Positions 34,183 to 44,188 of a stretch of 64,000 nucleotides of DNA are shown here, in pieces. Numbering within the stretch: position 1 is the stretch's first letter; the number at the start of each line of letters is the position of its first letter. This DNA is from Acidilobaceae archaeon. Lineage in GTDB: Archaea; Thermoproteota; Thermoprotei_A; Sulfolobales; Acidilobaceae. The notes below the pieces were generated by a model. The model worked only from the letters and a program-made list of their open reading frames with translations, did not search any database and was not told the origin of the DNA. Location of the stretch: NCBI GenBank assembly GCA_038897215.1, contig JAWAWX010000001.1, forward strand, positions 965,008 to 1,029,007, read 5' to 3'. A program made the position numbers and the translations under genes.

Positions 34183-36642
34183 TTGAGACTAGCTCCCAGG
34201 ATTGCTGAAACCCGCTGGGATCATAGAGTTCGCGAAGCTAGGCTTCTAGAACTCTGGGAGAAGGAGGGTCTCTACGAGACTGAGATAGAGCACGGCAGAG
34301 AGTTCTTCGTGATCGACACTCCGCCACCCTACGCTAGCGGGAAGTGGCACGTGGGGGGAGCTGCTCACTATGCTCAAATAGACATGATAGCTAGATACTT
34401 CAAGCTCAAGGGATACAATGTGGTTGTGCCGTTCTACGCTGATAGAAACGGTCTCCCCGTCGAGGTTCAAGTAGAGAAGACCTACAAGGTTGTAGCTAAA
34501 GAGATGGCTAAAACCGTGGAGGGTAGGAGAGAGTTCCTGAGGCTATGTAAGGAGTTCCTCGACAAAGCCGAGGAAGAGATTGTTAGAGTATGGAGGGTCA
34601 TGGGGTGCTCTTTCGACTACTGGAGAGAAGGCACTGATAGCCCGGAGTACAGGAGGCTTACTCAACAAACGTTCATAGAGCTATACAAGAGAGGCCTCAT
34701 ATACGAAGCTGAGAGGCCTGTGAGATGGTGTCCTAGATGCGGGACTACTCTAGCTGAAGCTGAGGTTGAGTACGAGGAGGAGCAGGGGCTCCTATACTAC
34801 ATCAGGTTCCCACTAGAAAGGGGAGGAGACGTCGTGGTAGCTACTACGAGACCAGAGCTACTACCTGCTTGCGCCGCTCTAGCCTACAACCCGAGAGACG
34901 AGAGATACCGCGGTCTAGCTGGGATAAGAGCTGTAGCCCCGATATTCGGGCACTTCATGGATATACTCGAGCATGACAGCGTAGACCCTGATTTCGGCAC
35001 AGGAATCATGATGATATGTAGCTATGGTGATGAGCACGACGTGAGACTCTTCTCGGAGCTCTCTCTCAAACCCAAGGTGATCCTAGACGAGCACGGCAGG
35101 ATTACGGAAGCCGGAGGCCCCCTAGCTGGGCTCACAGTACAAGAGGCTAGAGTGAGAGTCGCTGAGCTCTTGAAGGAACACGGCTACCTAGTCAAGATAG
35201 AGACTGTTAAACACAACGTGCCTAAGTGCTGGAGGTGTAAGACGCCCCTGCAGATAATACATAGAAGAGAGTTCTTCCTAGAACAGCTCAAGTTCAAAGA
35301 GGAGGTTAGGAGGCTCGCTGATATGATGGAGTTCAAGCCGCTTATGCACAAAGCTAGACTACACGATTGGATCGATAGCATAACCATGGACTGGCCTATC
35401 TCTAGAGATAGGTACTACGGGACGGAGATACCAGTCTGGTACTGCAGTAAGTGTGGAGCTAAGCTACTACCGAGCTCCGAGGGGTATTACAAGCCCTGGG
35501 AGGAAAACCCCTGGGAGTCCTGCCCTCATTGTGGCGCATCAAAAGAGAGTATCGTTGGAGAGACTAGAGTCTTCGATACCTGGTTCGATTCGAGCATAAG
35601 CCCTCTCTACGTCTTAGAAAGAGTCAAGAGCAAGATAAAGAGCGAGGAGGACTTAGCTAAAGCAGAGAGTAACGTTATGAGACCGCAGGGACACGATATT
35701 GTGAGAACGTGGCTCTACTACACGATACTGAGAGTGTACCAGCTGAAGAAGAGACCTGCATTCAGATGGGTTAGGATAACAGGGATGGGTCTAGACCCTA
35801 GAGGGAGGCCTATGCACAAGTCTCTCGGAAACGTCATAGACCCAGAGCCCGTCATACAAGAGTATGGAGCAGACGCTTTCAGATTCTGGGCCGCTACAGC
35901 GGCCAGGCTGGGCTACGACTACAGGTTCGATGAGGGGAAGCTGAGAACAGGAAGGCTCTTTGTGACCAAGCTGTGGAACATAGCTAGATTCCTCTCAGCC
36001 TTCCCGCATGAGGAGTCGTGCGAGCGGCTTGTTTCAACCGATAGAGCTTTCCTAGCTCTCGCTGAAGAGTATCTCGAAGCCGTGGATAGAGCTTACAGCG
36101 AGCTCGACGTATACGAGCCAGGCAACCTTCTCTACGAGTTCCTCTGGAGAGTGTTCGCTGACCACTACATCGAGCTAGTGAAGGAGAGAGCGTACAATAG
36201 CGACGGCAGGTACGGCAGAGAGGAGCAGGTGTCAGCGTGGGCTACCCTGCATAGAATCTTCAGCTCTATGCTGATAGCGCTCTCCCCCATAATGCCATTC
36301 ATAACGGATGATATATTCAGAGAGCTCTACGGTAGAAGCGTGCATAGAGAGAGGTTCCCCAAGCTCACTCTAGATGAAGCATCTAGGAGAAAGGAGGCTA
36401 GCATAGCCAGAGTGGTCGTTAAGACCAACGAGAAGATATGGGAGTACAAGACGAGAGAGGGGGTTAAGCTTTCGGAAAGCCTGCCGGGCTATAGGATAGT
36501 GATCGTGGGAGATGAGAGTCTGAGAGAGATAGCGAGAGACCTCGAAGCACTCCACAAGATCCCCGCTGTCTTAGCTAGCACAAAGCCTCAGCTTGATGAA
36601 TGCGAGGAGATAGCTCCCCCTATATACCTCTGTAGAGGGTAA
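34183..36642 (+). CDS. valS: Valyl-tRNA synthetase
   Basis: Class Ia layout: DTPPPYASGKWHVGGAAHY (HIGH region), editing-domain ATTRPELLPACAALAYNPRDERY, CWRCKTPL and PMHKSLGN (KMSKS). At 819 aa it fits ValRS better than LeuRS or IleRS. Confidence 0.8.
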   Translation: MRLAPRIAETRWDHRVREARLLELWEKEGLYETEIEHGREFFVIDTPPPYASGKWHVGGAAHYAQIDMIARYFKLKGYNVVVPFYADRNGLPVEVQVEKTYKVVAKEMAKTVEGRREFLRLCKEFLDKAEEEIVRVWRVMGCSFDYWREGTDSPEYRRLTQQTFIELYKRGLIYEAERPVRWCPRCGTTLAEAEVEYEEEQGLLYYIRFPLERGGDVVVATTRPELLPACAALAYNPRDERYRGLAGIRAVAPIFGHFMDILEHDSVDPDFGTGIMMICSYGDEHDVRLFSELSLKPKVILDEHGRITEAGGPLAGLTVQEARVRVAELLKEHGYLVKIETVKHNVPKCWRCKTPLQIIHRREFFLEQLKFKEEVRRLADMMEFKPLMHKARLHDWIDSITMDWPISRDRYYGTEIPVWYCSKCGAKLLPSSEGYYKPWEENPWESCPHCGASKESIVGETRVFDTWFDSSISPLYVLERVKSKIKSEEDLAKAESNVMRPQGHDIVRTWLYYTILRVYQLKKRPAFRWVRITGMGLDPRGRPMHKSLGNVIDPEPVIQEYGADAFRFWAATAARLGYDYRFDEGKLRTGRLFVTKLWNIARFLSAFPHEESCERLVSTDRAFLALAEEYLEAVDRAYSELDVYEPGNLLYEFLWRVFADHYIELVKERAYNSDGRYGREEQVSAWATLHRIFSSMLIALSPIMPFITDDIFRELYGRSVHRERFPKLTLDEASRRKEASIARVVVKTNEKIWEYKTREGVKLSESLPGYRIVIVGDESLREIARDLEALHKIPAVLASTKPQLDECEEIAPPIYLCRG

Positions 36643-36653
36643 GAGCTAGAGCC

Positions 36654-37745
36654 ATGAGGATTCTAGAGGTAGATAGGAAGAAGAGAGCGGTAAAGCTTAG
36701 AGTCGAGCACGAGGAAGACTTGTGGACTCTCAAGTTCATCCTGAAACCGGGCGACTACGCTACCTGCTGGACGACGAGAGACGTTGCTATAGGCGAAGTC
36801 AAGGAGAGAAAGCCGATGATACTAAAGCTCAGGATCGAGAAGCTGGAGTTCCAGCTATTCACGGGAGCCCTAAGACTATCCGGCATCGTGGTCGAGGGCC
36901 CTGAGGAGTACGGTGTCATTGGGAGACATCACACTGCTCAAGTGAAGCCTGGAGACGTGCTGGTGATAGAGAGAGAAGAGGGGTGGAGTGATAGAGTCCT
37001 GAAGAAGCTGGAAGAGAGCGGTTACAAAGGATCAGCTCTCATAGTCTCTATAGACTACGACGAATACGCTATAGCCTTACTGACCAGTCTAGGGCTGAAA
37101 GTCCTGGAGGAGGGCTATTCGAGAATACCTAGCAAGGGCGATGATAGAAGAGAGGAAGCTCTAGAGAGATACGTAGACGAGATAGTAGCCAAGGTGGCGG
37201 ATAACGCCTCAAGACACAGCGTTCTCGTTGTGATAGTAAGCGGTCCCGGTCCCCTAAAGGAGGCTATCGCTGAAAAGCTCAGAAAAGCTCTGCCAGACAA
37301 GAGGCTCCACGTAGACGAAACAGCTACTGGTGGCGTACCGGGAGTCAACGAGGTTTTGAGGCGAGCATCTGTTCTAGATGCTCTAAGAGACTTCGCTATC
37401 ATTGAGGCAGAAAGTCTGCTAGAGGAGTTCATGTCGTTAGTGTCTAGAGACCCGGAGAGAGTAGCGTACGGTCTCGCTGACGTGCTAGCCTGCCTAAAGG
37501 CTGGAGCAGTCGAGAAGATGGTGATAGCAGACTCTCTGCTCTTCAGCTTCAGAGATGAGGAGAGGAGAGCCGCGGAGATGGCTATGGAAGAGGCTGAGAG
37601 GAGGAGAGCAAGAGTAGTAATAGTCCCGAGAGAGAGCCCCCCAGGCGAGAGAGTCAGCCTGCTGGGAGGCGTTATAGCCAAGCTTAGATACAGGCTCCCC
37701 CTCGAAGCGAGGAGGTCTATCGGGGGAGCCGAGGCTGAGAGCTAG
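36654..37745 (+). CDS. pelA: Pelota (Dom34 homolog), mRNA surveillance / ribosome rescue factor
   Basis: MRILEVDRKKRAVKLRVEHEEDLWTLKFILKPGDY, plus an eRF1-like central and C-terminal domain. Confidence 0.9.
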   Translation: MRILEVDRKKRAVKLRVEHEEDLWTLKFILKPGDYATCWTTRDVAIGEVKERKPMILKLRIEKLEFQLFTGALRLSGIVVEGPEEYGVIGRHHTAQVKPGDVLVIEREEGWSDRVLKKLEESGYKGSALIVSIDYDEYAIALLTSLGLKVLEEGYSRIPSKGDDRREEALERYVDEIVAKVADNASRHSVLVVIVSGPGPLKEAIAEKLRKALPDKRLHVDETATGGVPGVNEVLRRASVLDALRDFAIIEAESLLEEFMSLVSRDPERVAYGLADVLACLKAGAVEKMVIADSLLFSFRDEERRAAEMAMEEAERRRARVVIVPRESPPGERVSLLGGVIAKLRYRLPLEARRSIGGAEAES

Positions 37746-37981
37746 GTCGCGACGAGCGTTACTGTGCGCTCTACTCCGCTTATAGACCTTATCCCGCTGA
37801 CTATAGCCTCGAGGATTCTCATGTTCTCAACTTCTACTCTAACCACTATGTCGAACTCACCGTAGGTTATACGAGCCTCTGTCACCTTACCACCGAACCT
37901 GCTGAGTATCTCGTCTCTCACGTCTTCCTCAGTGCCGGCGAGAACGTTGACTAGTATGTAGGCGACAATCCTCCCGACCAC
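37742..37981 (-). CDS. Stand-alone Lrp/AsnC-type ligand-binding (RAM) domain protein
   Basis: 79 aa. AYILVNV...VTEARITYGEFDIVVRVEVENMRILEAIVSGIRSISGVERTVTLVA is a typical RAM domain without an HTH. Confidence 0.7.
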   Translation of the reverse strand: MVGRIVAYILVNVLAGTEEDVRDEILSRFGGKVTEARITYGEFDIVVRVEVENMRILEAIVSGIRSISGVERTVTLVAT

Positions 37982-38018
37982 AGACTCAGCCCCATCAGGG
38001 TTCTCGCTACTCGAGGAT

Positions 38019-38831
38019 TTAATACTCTATCCTCTCAAGCGCTCGCCTTAGAGTCGGCGGGGGTATATAGAATAGAAGCTTAGCCTTATGGTAGTCTCTT
38101 ATCACTGTTCTAGCTGCTTCATCGATATCGAGTTCTCCCGTCTTCTTGAGCCTCCAGCCTCTCTTAGCAGCTAGAGCCTCTAGGATCTTGTAGGGGTCGG
38201 TTTCGTCTATGCCGTAAGCGTCTAGTACAGCTCGAGGATTGTATTTTAGTGCTCTCTCCAAGAGCTCTACAGCTGGCCTAACAGGGTCTTCTAGCTCTTC
38301 GGGAGCTTTTCCTCTTATCACTGCCTCGAGGCCCCCGCCTTCAGCCGGTATTATTCCAGGAGTGTCTATCATGTAGAATCCCTCCTCGATCTTCAAGATC
38401 TGGAGGCCTCTCGTGTAGCCATAGCTACCAGGTACGGGGCTAGTGTTAGCGCTATGCCTCCCCTTAAGCGCATTGATTACACTCGACTTGCCGGTCTTGG
38501 GGTAACCTACGACTGCCACGGTGAAAGGCTTTGAGGGAGCTACCGATCTTATCCAGCCTCTCAGCATCCTCGTCCCGAGTCTCGAAGTAGCCGAGACGTA
38601 CATAGCGTTATACCCCAGACTCTCCAGATACCTCTTCCACGCGTCCGCTACGGGTCTAGGTACTAGGTCGCATTTGTTTAGAGCTATCAGGAGAGTCTTA
38701 TCGAACGCTTCAGCTATCCTCTCAAGCCTTCTACTCATTGTGGAGAGCGGGTCTCTGATATCGACTACCTCTAGCACCACATCAGCCGTCTTGACTAGCC
38801 TTGCCACCATGCTCCAACTAGCTAGCCTCAA
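38019..38831 (-). CDS. Circularly permuted GTPase (YlqF/RbgA-Nug-like ribosome biogenesis GTPase)
   Basis: The motif order is G4 (NKCDL), then G1 (GYPKTGKSS), then G3 (DTPG), which is diagnostic of cpGTPases. Confidence 0.8.
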   Translation of the reverse strand: MRLASWSMVARLVKTADVVLEVVDIRDPLSTMSRRLERIAEAFDKTLLIALNKCDLVPRPVADAWKRYLESLGYNAMYVSATSRLGTRMLRGWIRSVAPSKPFTVAVVGYPKTGKSSVINALKGRHSANTSPVPGSYGYTRGLQILKIEEGFYMIDTPGIIPAEGGGLEAVIRGKAPEELEDPVRPAVELLERALKYNPRAVLDAYGIDETDPYKILEALAAKRGWRLKKTGELDIDEAARTVIRDYHKAKLLFYIPPPTLRRALERIEY

Positions 38832-38947
38832 GACTCTCCTCCCAGTCTATACTTTTGGTGCTAGTAGTTTATTAAGTCTATGAACACGATATTAGGATCG
38901 AGCGAAGGCTACTATACACTCCACTCGAGGAGAATGGGGGGACTCTG

Positions 38948-39910
38948 GTGGGGAGGAGTCCAGCTATAGTGATCAAGGGTCTCGTCAAGAGGTTCGGTAA
39001 CATTACAGCAGTCGACGGTCTAGACTTGGAGATCTATGATAACGAGTTATTCGTACTCCTGGGGCCCAACGGCTCCGGTAAAACCACGACTCTATTGGTG
39101 ATCTCGACTGTCTACAAGCCTACGAGCGGAGACGTCTTGGTATACGGCTATAGCGTGGCTAGAGAGGGGGATCAGGTTAGGAAGCTTATCGGGATAGCGT
39201 TCCAGGAGCCTAAAGCTCTCTGGATGGATACCCCCTACGATATCCTGCTGTGGCACGCACTCGCCGTAGGGTATAGCTTGGGGGATGCTAGGAAGGTCGT
39301 TAGAGAGGTGATGGATGAACTAGGGCTTTGGGAGCATAGAGGTAAGATGATAAGCGAGCTGAGTGGAGGAACTAGGAAGAAAGTCGAGGTAGCCAAGGTT
39401 CTCATTCAGAAGCCTCGAGTAGCCATATTCGACGAGCCAACAGCTCAGCTTGATGTCGTAACTAAGCATGCCGTCTGGAATAAGATAATGGAGATGAAGA
39501 GAGAAGGCTCGACGATAATAGTGGCAACTAACGACATGAACGAAGCAGAAAAACTCGCAGAGAGAATAGGGATAATCCATAAGGGTAAGCTGAGAGCTCT
39601 AGGCACTGTGGCGCAACTCAAGGACAGCGTGCCCGGCGGTGATGTAGTCGAGCTAGAGCTAGATTCACCAGCGAGTCCAGATATTCAGTCACTGCTGAAA
39701 GAGAAGCTGAGAGTCCCCGATGTGAGGGTCGATAGAGCTTCTCTAAGACTCTACGTGAATAAAGGAGAGGAGGTTCTAGCAGAAGCCGTCTCGCTACTAA
39801 ACAGTCTCGGATACAAGGTTAAGAGAGCGTCACTCAAGGAGCCCACCTTAGACGACGTCTTCTTCTACTACACGGGAGCTAGTTTGAGAGAAGGGGTCGG
39901 TGCAAGTTGA
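38948..39910 (+). CDS. ABC transporter ATP-binding protein (ABC-2/DrrA-like)
   Basis: Walker A GPNGSGKTT, signature LSGGTRKK and Walker B VAIFDEPT. Confidence 0.9.
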   Translation: MGRSPAIVIKGLVKRFGNITAVDGLDLEIYDNELFVLLGPNGSGKTTTLLVISTVYKPTSGDVLVYGYSVAREGDQVRKLIGIAFQEPKALWMDTPYDILLWHALAVGYSLGDARKVVREVMDELGLWEHRGKMISELSGGTRKKVEVAKVLIQKPRVAIFDEPTAQLDVVTKHAVWNKIMEMKREGSTIIVATNDMNEAEKLAERIGIIHKGKLRALGTVAQLKDSVPGGDVVELELDSPASPDIQSLLKEKLRVPDVRVDRASLRLYVNKGEEVLAEAVSLLNSLGYKVKRASLKEPTLDDVFFYYTGASLREGVGAS

Positions 39911-40701
39911 CGTCGAGCTTGAGACAGCTAGCTATCGTGATCCTCTGGGATGTGAGGAAGCTCAGTAAGTATAAGTTCTTTCTAGCTATGAGATTCTCCT
40001 GGTTCATATTCCAAGTCCTCTTATTCGGATACATAATATCCAATATGGTTGACTCTGCTAGAGTAGCCGCAGGCTTCGATTACTACAAGTTCTACATAGC
40101 CGGGTCCTACGTGGCTATCCTGTTCTCGCTCTCCGCCCTCCACGGCTACGATATAATCGAGGAATTCGAGGATGGAATAATTAATTATCATCTCTCACTA
40201 CCGATCTCTAGGAGAGTCCTCACTCTAGGCAGAGTCCTAGGTGGGGGGCTGGCGGTCTTCATCTTATCGCTTCCAATGAGCCTCATCCTAGCCTACGTGA
40301 TGAAAGCGGGAGTCCTCCCATATCTAGGGTTGCTCGCCGTGTCGCTACTCTTCTCTCTAGGGCTGACCAGCGGGTCTATGGCTCTCGCTCTAACTCTTCG
40401 AGCTAGCGAGAAGCTAGACGTGGTCATGGGGACTCTAGACTCTTTGGCTATAAGGCTGAGTACAGCCTTCTACCCGATCACTGTGATAGCATCTATTGCC
40501 ATATACTACTATCTAGCTCTAGGTAACCCCGTTTCCCACGTAGCTGACTCGATTAGATACTTCTTCGGAGACGAGGTCGGCCCCTATCGCGTAGCCGACT
40601 TCTGGTTGATGGCAGCATACATACTCGGATTCGCTACAGCATCAGTGCTTGCGGCAATGTTCTTCATGGATAGGAGAGCGGAGGGCGGCTATAGTAGATG
40701 A
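39907..40701 (+). CDS. ABC-2 type transporter permease
   Basis: Six hydrophobic segments. 4-nt overlaps with both neighbouring genes. Confidence 0.75.
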   Translation: MTSSLRQLAIVILWDVRKLSKYKFFLAMRFSWFIFQVLLFGYIISNMVDSARVAAGFDYYKFYIAGSYVAILFSLSALHGYDIIEEFEDGIINYHLSLPISRRVLTLGRVLGGGLAVFILSLPMSLILAYVMKAGVLPYLGLLAVSLLFSLGLTSGSMALALTLRASEKLDVVMGTLDSLAIRLSTAFYPITVIASIAIYYYLALGNPVSHVADSIRYFFGDEVGPYRVADFWLMAAYILGFATASVLAAMFFMDRRAEGGYSR

Positions 40702-41489
40702 TTAGGGAGGCCTATGGCTTAGCTTACGGAGCTTTCATAGTTAGCTTGAGAGACCTCCACAGATTCTTCAAGTATAAGTGGTGGATAGCCGGGCTCATCA
40801 CAGCCAATCTAGCCGACCTCTTCGTCTTCGCTCTACTAATAAGCGGGATTATGAGGAGAGAGATCGTTCCAGATTACCTGCTCTTCCTGGCTCCCGGTAT
40901 AGCCGCTATTGCTGCTTTCGCTTCAGCGTTCACTATAGGGAGAGAGGTCATGATGGAGCTGAGGAGAGAAGTACACTTGTACCTCTTGAGCCTCCCAATA
41001 AGCAGAGCAGAGTTCGTTCTAGGGAGGATCCTAGGAGGAGTCTTGAGGGGGCTCATCTACCAAACACCAGTACTCCTAGCAGTCTTGATGATAACGGGGG
41101 TTAGAGACGCTCGTCTCTTGCTTCTCATACCGATAGCGTCTATCCTCTTGACTGCGTCTATGTCTAGCTTATCGATAGCCCTATCTACTCTCACTAGAAA
41201 CCTAGACGTCCACGTGACTATCAGGAGCGTGACGTACTTCGTCTTCTTCTTCCTATCTACAGTATTCTATCCACCACAAGCGCTAAGGACTAGGCTACCG
41301 GAGCCTATCGTGATACTTGCTGAAAACAACCCAGTCTCGCTCGTTGCAGACCTCTATAGAGTAATACTGCTACCAGAGAACCTGGCTCCCGCTAGAGAGC
41401 CCTCTCTACTGCTGGCTAAACTCGCTACTCTAAGCATACTCCTAGTGCTTCTAGGCGCTAGTCTCTACCTGAGAAACTTGAGGAGATAG
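40698..41489 (+). CDS. ABC-2 type transporter permease (second paralog)
   Basis: Six hydrophobic segments. It shares the LSLPISR..(F)VLGR(I)LGG block with the preceding permease. Confidence 0.75.
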   Translation: MIREAYGLAYGAFIVSLRDLHRFFKYKWWIAGLITANLADLFVFALLISGIMRREIVPDYLLFLAPGIAAIAAFASAFTIGREVMMELRREVHLYLLSLPISRAEFVLGRILGGVLRGLIYQTPVLLAVLMITGVRDARLLLLIPIASILLTASMSSLSIALSTLTRNLDVHVTIRSVTYFVFFFLSTVFYPPQALRTRLPEPIVILAENNPVSLVADLYRVILLPENLAPAREPSLLLAKLATLSILLVLLGASLYLRNLRR

Positions 41490-41622
41490 GAGGAGCTCCT
41501 GGAACGCCACCTAGGCTCTATTAATCGATACGCTAGAACAAGGGAGGGCTGAGCGATGGAGGGCTTTGTGGCTAGAGGCTTCTAGTAGCTATAAGCCTGG
41601 GCTCCTAGCTACGTCTATACGG

Positions 41623-42213
41623 GTGAAGAGGGACATCTCTCTGATAGGTGATGAAGCTGAACTGCGCGGATCTCCTAGAGTTGCTGGGCTGGATTTAGCT
41701 GCCAGGTCTTCTCGATGTAGTGGCTACGCTTTAATCAATGCCAGCTCTAGAGTGGTCGAGAGAGTTCAGTGCCTCTATACAGACGAGGAGATCTTGAGTG
41801 TAGTGTTGAGAGATAAGCCTAGAGTTCTAGCTATAGATGCTCCGATCTCGCCTAGTCCTCGCTGGAGAGAGGTAGATAGGCTGGCTAGGAGAGCCGGTTT
41901 TAGAGTAATGCCTCCCACTCTAGGCCCCATGAGGGAGCTCACTCTCAGAGCTTGGAGACTCTACGAGAATCTCTCGAGCTTAGGGGTAGAGGTGATAGAG
42001 ACTCACCCGTCTAGCGTTCTGCTAGCTACTTCGGTAGAAAGTCTGGCTGAGCTCTTGCTAAAGCTGGGATTATCGTGTAGAGAGTGCTATGCTCTCACTA
42101 GAGACCTCGCTGACGCTATTCTAGCCGCTATAGCGGCTTACTGTTATAGCGCGAGATTCTGCGCTTACGCAGTAGTCGCTGGCGATGGGGCAATACACCT
42201 GGCTAGACTCTAA
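41623..42213 (+). CDS. DUF429-like predicted RNase H-fold protein
   Basis: VAGLDLAA...GYA...VLAIDAPIS...ETHPSS is the DUF429/COG2410-like pattern. I prefer the GTG start at 41623. The longest ORF starts at 41566. Confidence 0.5.
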   Translation: MKRDISLIGDEAELRGSPRVAGLDLAARSSRCSGYALINASSRVVERVQCLYTDEEILSVVLRDKPRVLAIDAPISPSPRWREVDRLARRAGFRVMPPTLGPMRELTLRAWRLYENLSSLGVEVIETHPSSVLLATSVESLAELLLKLGLSCRECYALTRDLADAILAAIAAYCYSARFCAYAVVAGDGAIHLARL

Positions 42214-43315
42214 GCCACGAGACTTGGCTACCGTCTATCCTAGCAACTATGTTGAAGACTCCTACTCTCTTCACGAGAGCAGCGTAGATGTTGTGAGAGT
42301 TGAGTACGCCGTAGCCCTCGACGAGGACGAGAAGAGCTCTAGCCTCGCTCCCCTCTTCTATGAAGGGAGGCTTTCTCCCTATCATCACATACGGGTTGAC
42401 CATGACCGCCTTCAGGACCTCGCGTGGAACCCTCTCGCTCTTCTCCCCCTGAAGCCTAGCTAGGTAGAACGCTACTCTAGCCTCCTCCCAGATATCTGGA
42501 AGACTCCAGGAGGCGTTATCCGTCCCTAGAGCTAGGAGTACTCCCGCTTTCAGAGCATCTGCTATTGGCGGAGACCCTACACTATGCCAGAGATTGGAGC
42601 GAGGGCACGCTATGAGCCCCACTCTTTTCTCAGCAATCACCTCTAAGTCTTCTCTAGATAAGTGGGTTCCGTGAACGATCGCGTCGAATCCTGCTGCTAG
42701 AGCTAGCTCGAAATCTCCCCCTCTTCTAGCCTCCACTGTTTCAGCTACGTGAGTCATAGCGGGCTTCTTGAGGCTCACTAGCTCTCTCAGCTTCTCGAGA
42801 GAGAAGCCTAGAGGACTAGCGAGACCGAGCCCTTCGCAGAACTCCGGCCATCCCGGGCCCGGTCTGCCCAGCACTAGCACCTCCAGCCCTCTCAGCTTCT
42901 TCTTAGCTAGCTGCGCTAGCCTACAGCCCTCTCCACCCCCCTCTCTGAAGTCGATCACGAGACCGAGCCCTGTTCTCCAAGAGAGGCTGTAGAGCTCCGC
43001 GATCGCCTCGACAAGCCTACCCTCGGGAGTAGACTCTAGTAGTCTATGCTTGAGCCCTCTAGGAGGAGCCACTAGCTCCTCTAGCTTCAGCTCGAGCCCG
43101 TACTCTGGGAAAGCGTGATCTGCTGAGTGCACGTGAGCATTACCAGGCTGAGGTACTAGCGCGAAGCCTCTACCACCAGTAGAGTCCTCGGGGCAAGACT
43201 CGTAACTGCTTATAGACGAGACCACACCGTTCTCTACGAATACACACTTGTCTCTAGAGGCTTCTAGCTCCTCGCCCACCAAGACAAGCCCTACTCTAAT
43301 AGCTAGACTCCTCAC
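42203..43315 (-). CDS. Amidohydrolase-superfamily metal-dependent hydrolase (chlorohydrolase/deaminase-like)
   Basis: GNAHVHSADH (HxH), THVAET, VHGTH and ALGTDN, the conserved metal ligands in order. Confidence 0.7.
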   Translation of the reverse strand: MRSLAIRVGLVLVGEELEASRDKCVFVENGVVSSISSYESCPEDSTGGRGFALVPQPGNAHVHSADHAFPEYGLELKLEELVAPPRGLKHRLLESTPEGRLVEAIAELYSLSWRTGLGLVIDFREGGGEGCRLAQLAKKKLRGLEVLVLGRPGPGWPEFCEGLGLASPLGFSLEKLRELVSLKKPAMTHVAETVEARRGGDFELALAAGFDAIVHGTHLSREDLEVIAEKRVGLIACPRSNLWHSVGSPPIADALKAGVLLALGTDNASWSLPDIWEEARVAFYLARLQGEKSERVPREVLKAVMVNPYVMIGRKPPFIEEGSEARALLVLVEGYGVLNSHNIYAALVKRVGVFNIVARIDGSQVSWLRV

Positions 43316-43439
43316 TCAAACCCCCCGGGCTCTCGCTGTAGTCAAGCTATTTTTCAGTCGTGATAAAAGCTGTGGTCTCAACCTCTTCTCACTAATGCTA
43401 TCCATACAGCTATGAGACCTGCTAGCACTGATATCATGA

Positions 43440-43517
43440 TGGTGGGGCCGCCGGGATTTGAACCCGGGACCACGGGGGCCCAAGCCCCGCATCCTAGCCA
43501 GGCTAGACTACGGCCCC
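43440..43517 (-). tRNA. tRNA-Pro (anticodon UGG), CCA encoded, no intron
   Basis: The reverse complement is GGGGCCG-TA-GTCT...CGGGG-CTTGGGC-CCCCG-TGGTC-CCGGG-TTCAAAT-CCCGG-CGGCCCC-A-CCA. G37 fits Pro. Confidence 0.9.
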
Positions 43518-43518
43518 A

Positions 43519-43607
43519 TGGCGCCGGGGGCGGGATTCGAACCCGCGCGCCCCCGTGGGGGCAACGGGTCTCAAGCCCGTCCCCTTGGTCCGCTCGGGCA
43601 CCCCGGC
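43519..43607 (-). tRNA. tRNA-Ser (anticodon UGA), long variable arm, CCA encoded
   Basis: The reverse complement is GCCGGGG-TG-CCC-GAGCGGACCAA-GGG-G-ACGGG-CTTGAGA-CCCGT-TGCCCCCACGGGGGCGC-GCGGG-TTCGAAT-CCCGC-CCCCGGC-G-CCA (89 nt). Confidence 0.88.
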
Positions 43608-43697
43608 GCTCTCGAGTCTTGAGTATTAACGCCTGCTCTCTGGTTATTAGTTGAACGCGCTTGTCTAATAAGTCTTCTCGAGCGCTTCTCGAGAGGC

Positions 43698-44174
43698 TCA
43701 GGATAGCTTCGGGATCTTGATGTACACTCTGCCCGCTTGTCTTCTAGTCTCTATCCTCGATAGGTCCGCCTCTACTGGTAGCCTGTACTCGCCTCTCATC
43801 AGCCTCCTCGTTCTGTGAAATGCTCTAGCTCCAAACGCTCTAGCTATCTTCTCTCTATCTAGCTCGGCTTGCACGACTATCCTGTCTCTGTAGACCTCTA
43901 CTGTTATAGTCTCTTCTCTCGCTCCGGGGACGTCTACTACTAGGAGGTAGTGGTCTCTTCTCTCTATCAGTGTAGCCACAGGTGAGACCTCTCCTCGCAT
44001 CTCTTCCTCCAGACTCTCCTCGAAGACTTTCTCGAGCTCCTCCCCGCTTTCCCTCATCTCCTCAAATAGCTCTTCTATCTCTCTCACGAATCTCTCGACG
44101 CTCTCAATGGTGTCTCTGAACTCTTTAAGCATCCTCCTCCTATAGTAGTCGAAGTCGAACACGTCGTACCTCAA
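43698..44174 (-). CDS. hsp20: Small heat-shock protein (Hsp20/alpha-crystallin family)
   Basis: Alpha-crystallin domain: DHYLLVVDVPGAREETITVEVYRDRIVVQAE...GEYRLPVEADLSRIETRRQAGRVYIKIPK. Confidence 0.8.
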   Translation of the reverse strand: MRYDVFDFDYYRRRMLKEFRDTIESVERFVREIEELFEEMRESGEELEKVFEESLEEEMRGEVSPVATLIERRDHYLLVVDVPGAREETITVEVYRDRIVVQAELDREKIARAFGARAFHRTRRLMRGEYRLPVEADLSRIETRRQAGRVYIKIPKLS

Positions 44175-44188
44175 GACGGGGCACCCTT

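Noticed and set aside
43608-43660. TATA box for the tRNA-Ser/tRNA-Pro unit (GTTAATAC or CTAATAAC on the minus strand)
   Set aside because: The two A/T-rich candidates sit about 16 nt and about 35 nt from the tRNA-Ser 5' end. Neither fits the usual -26 spacing well enough to call without TSS data.
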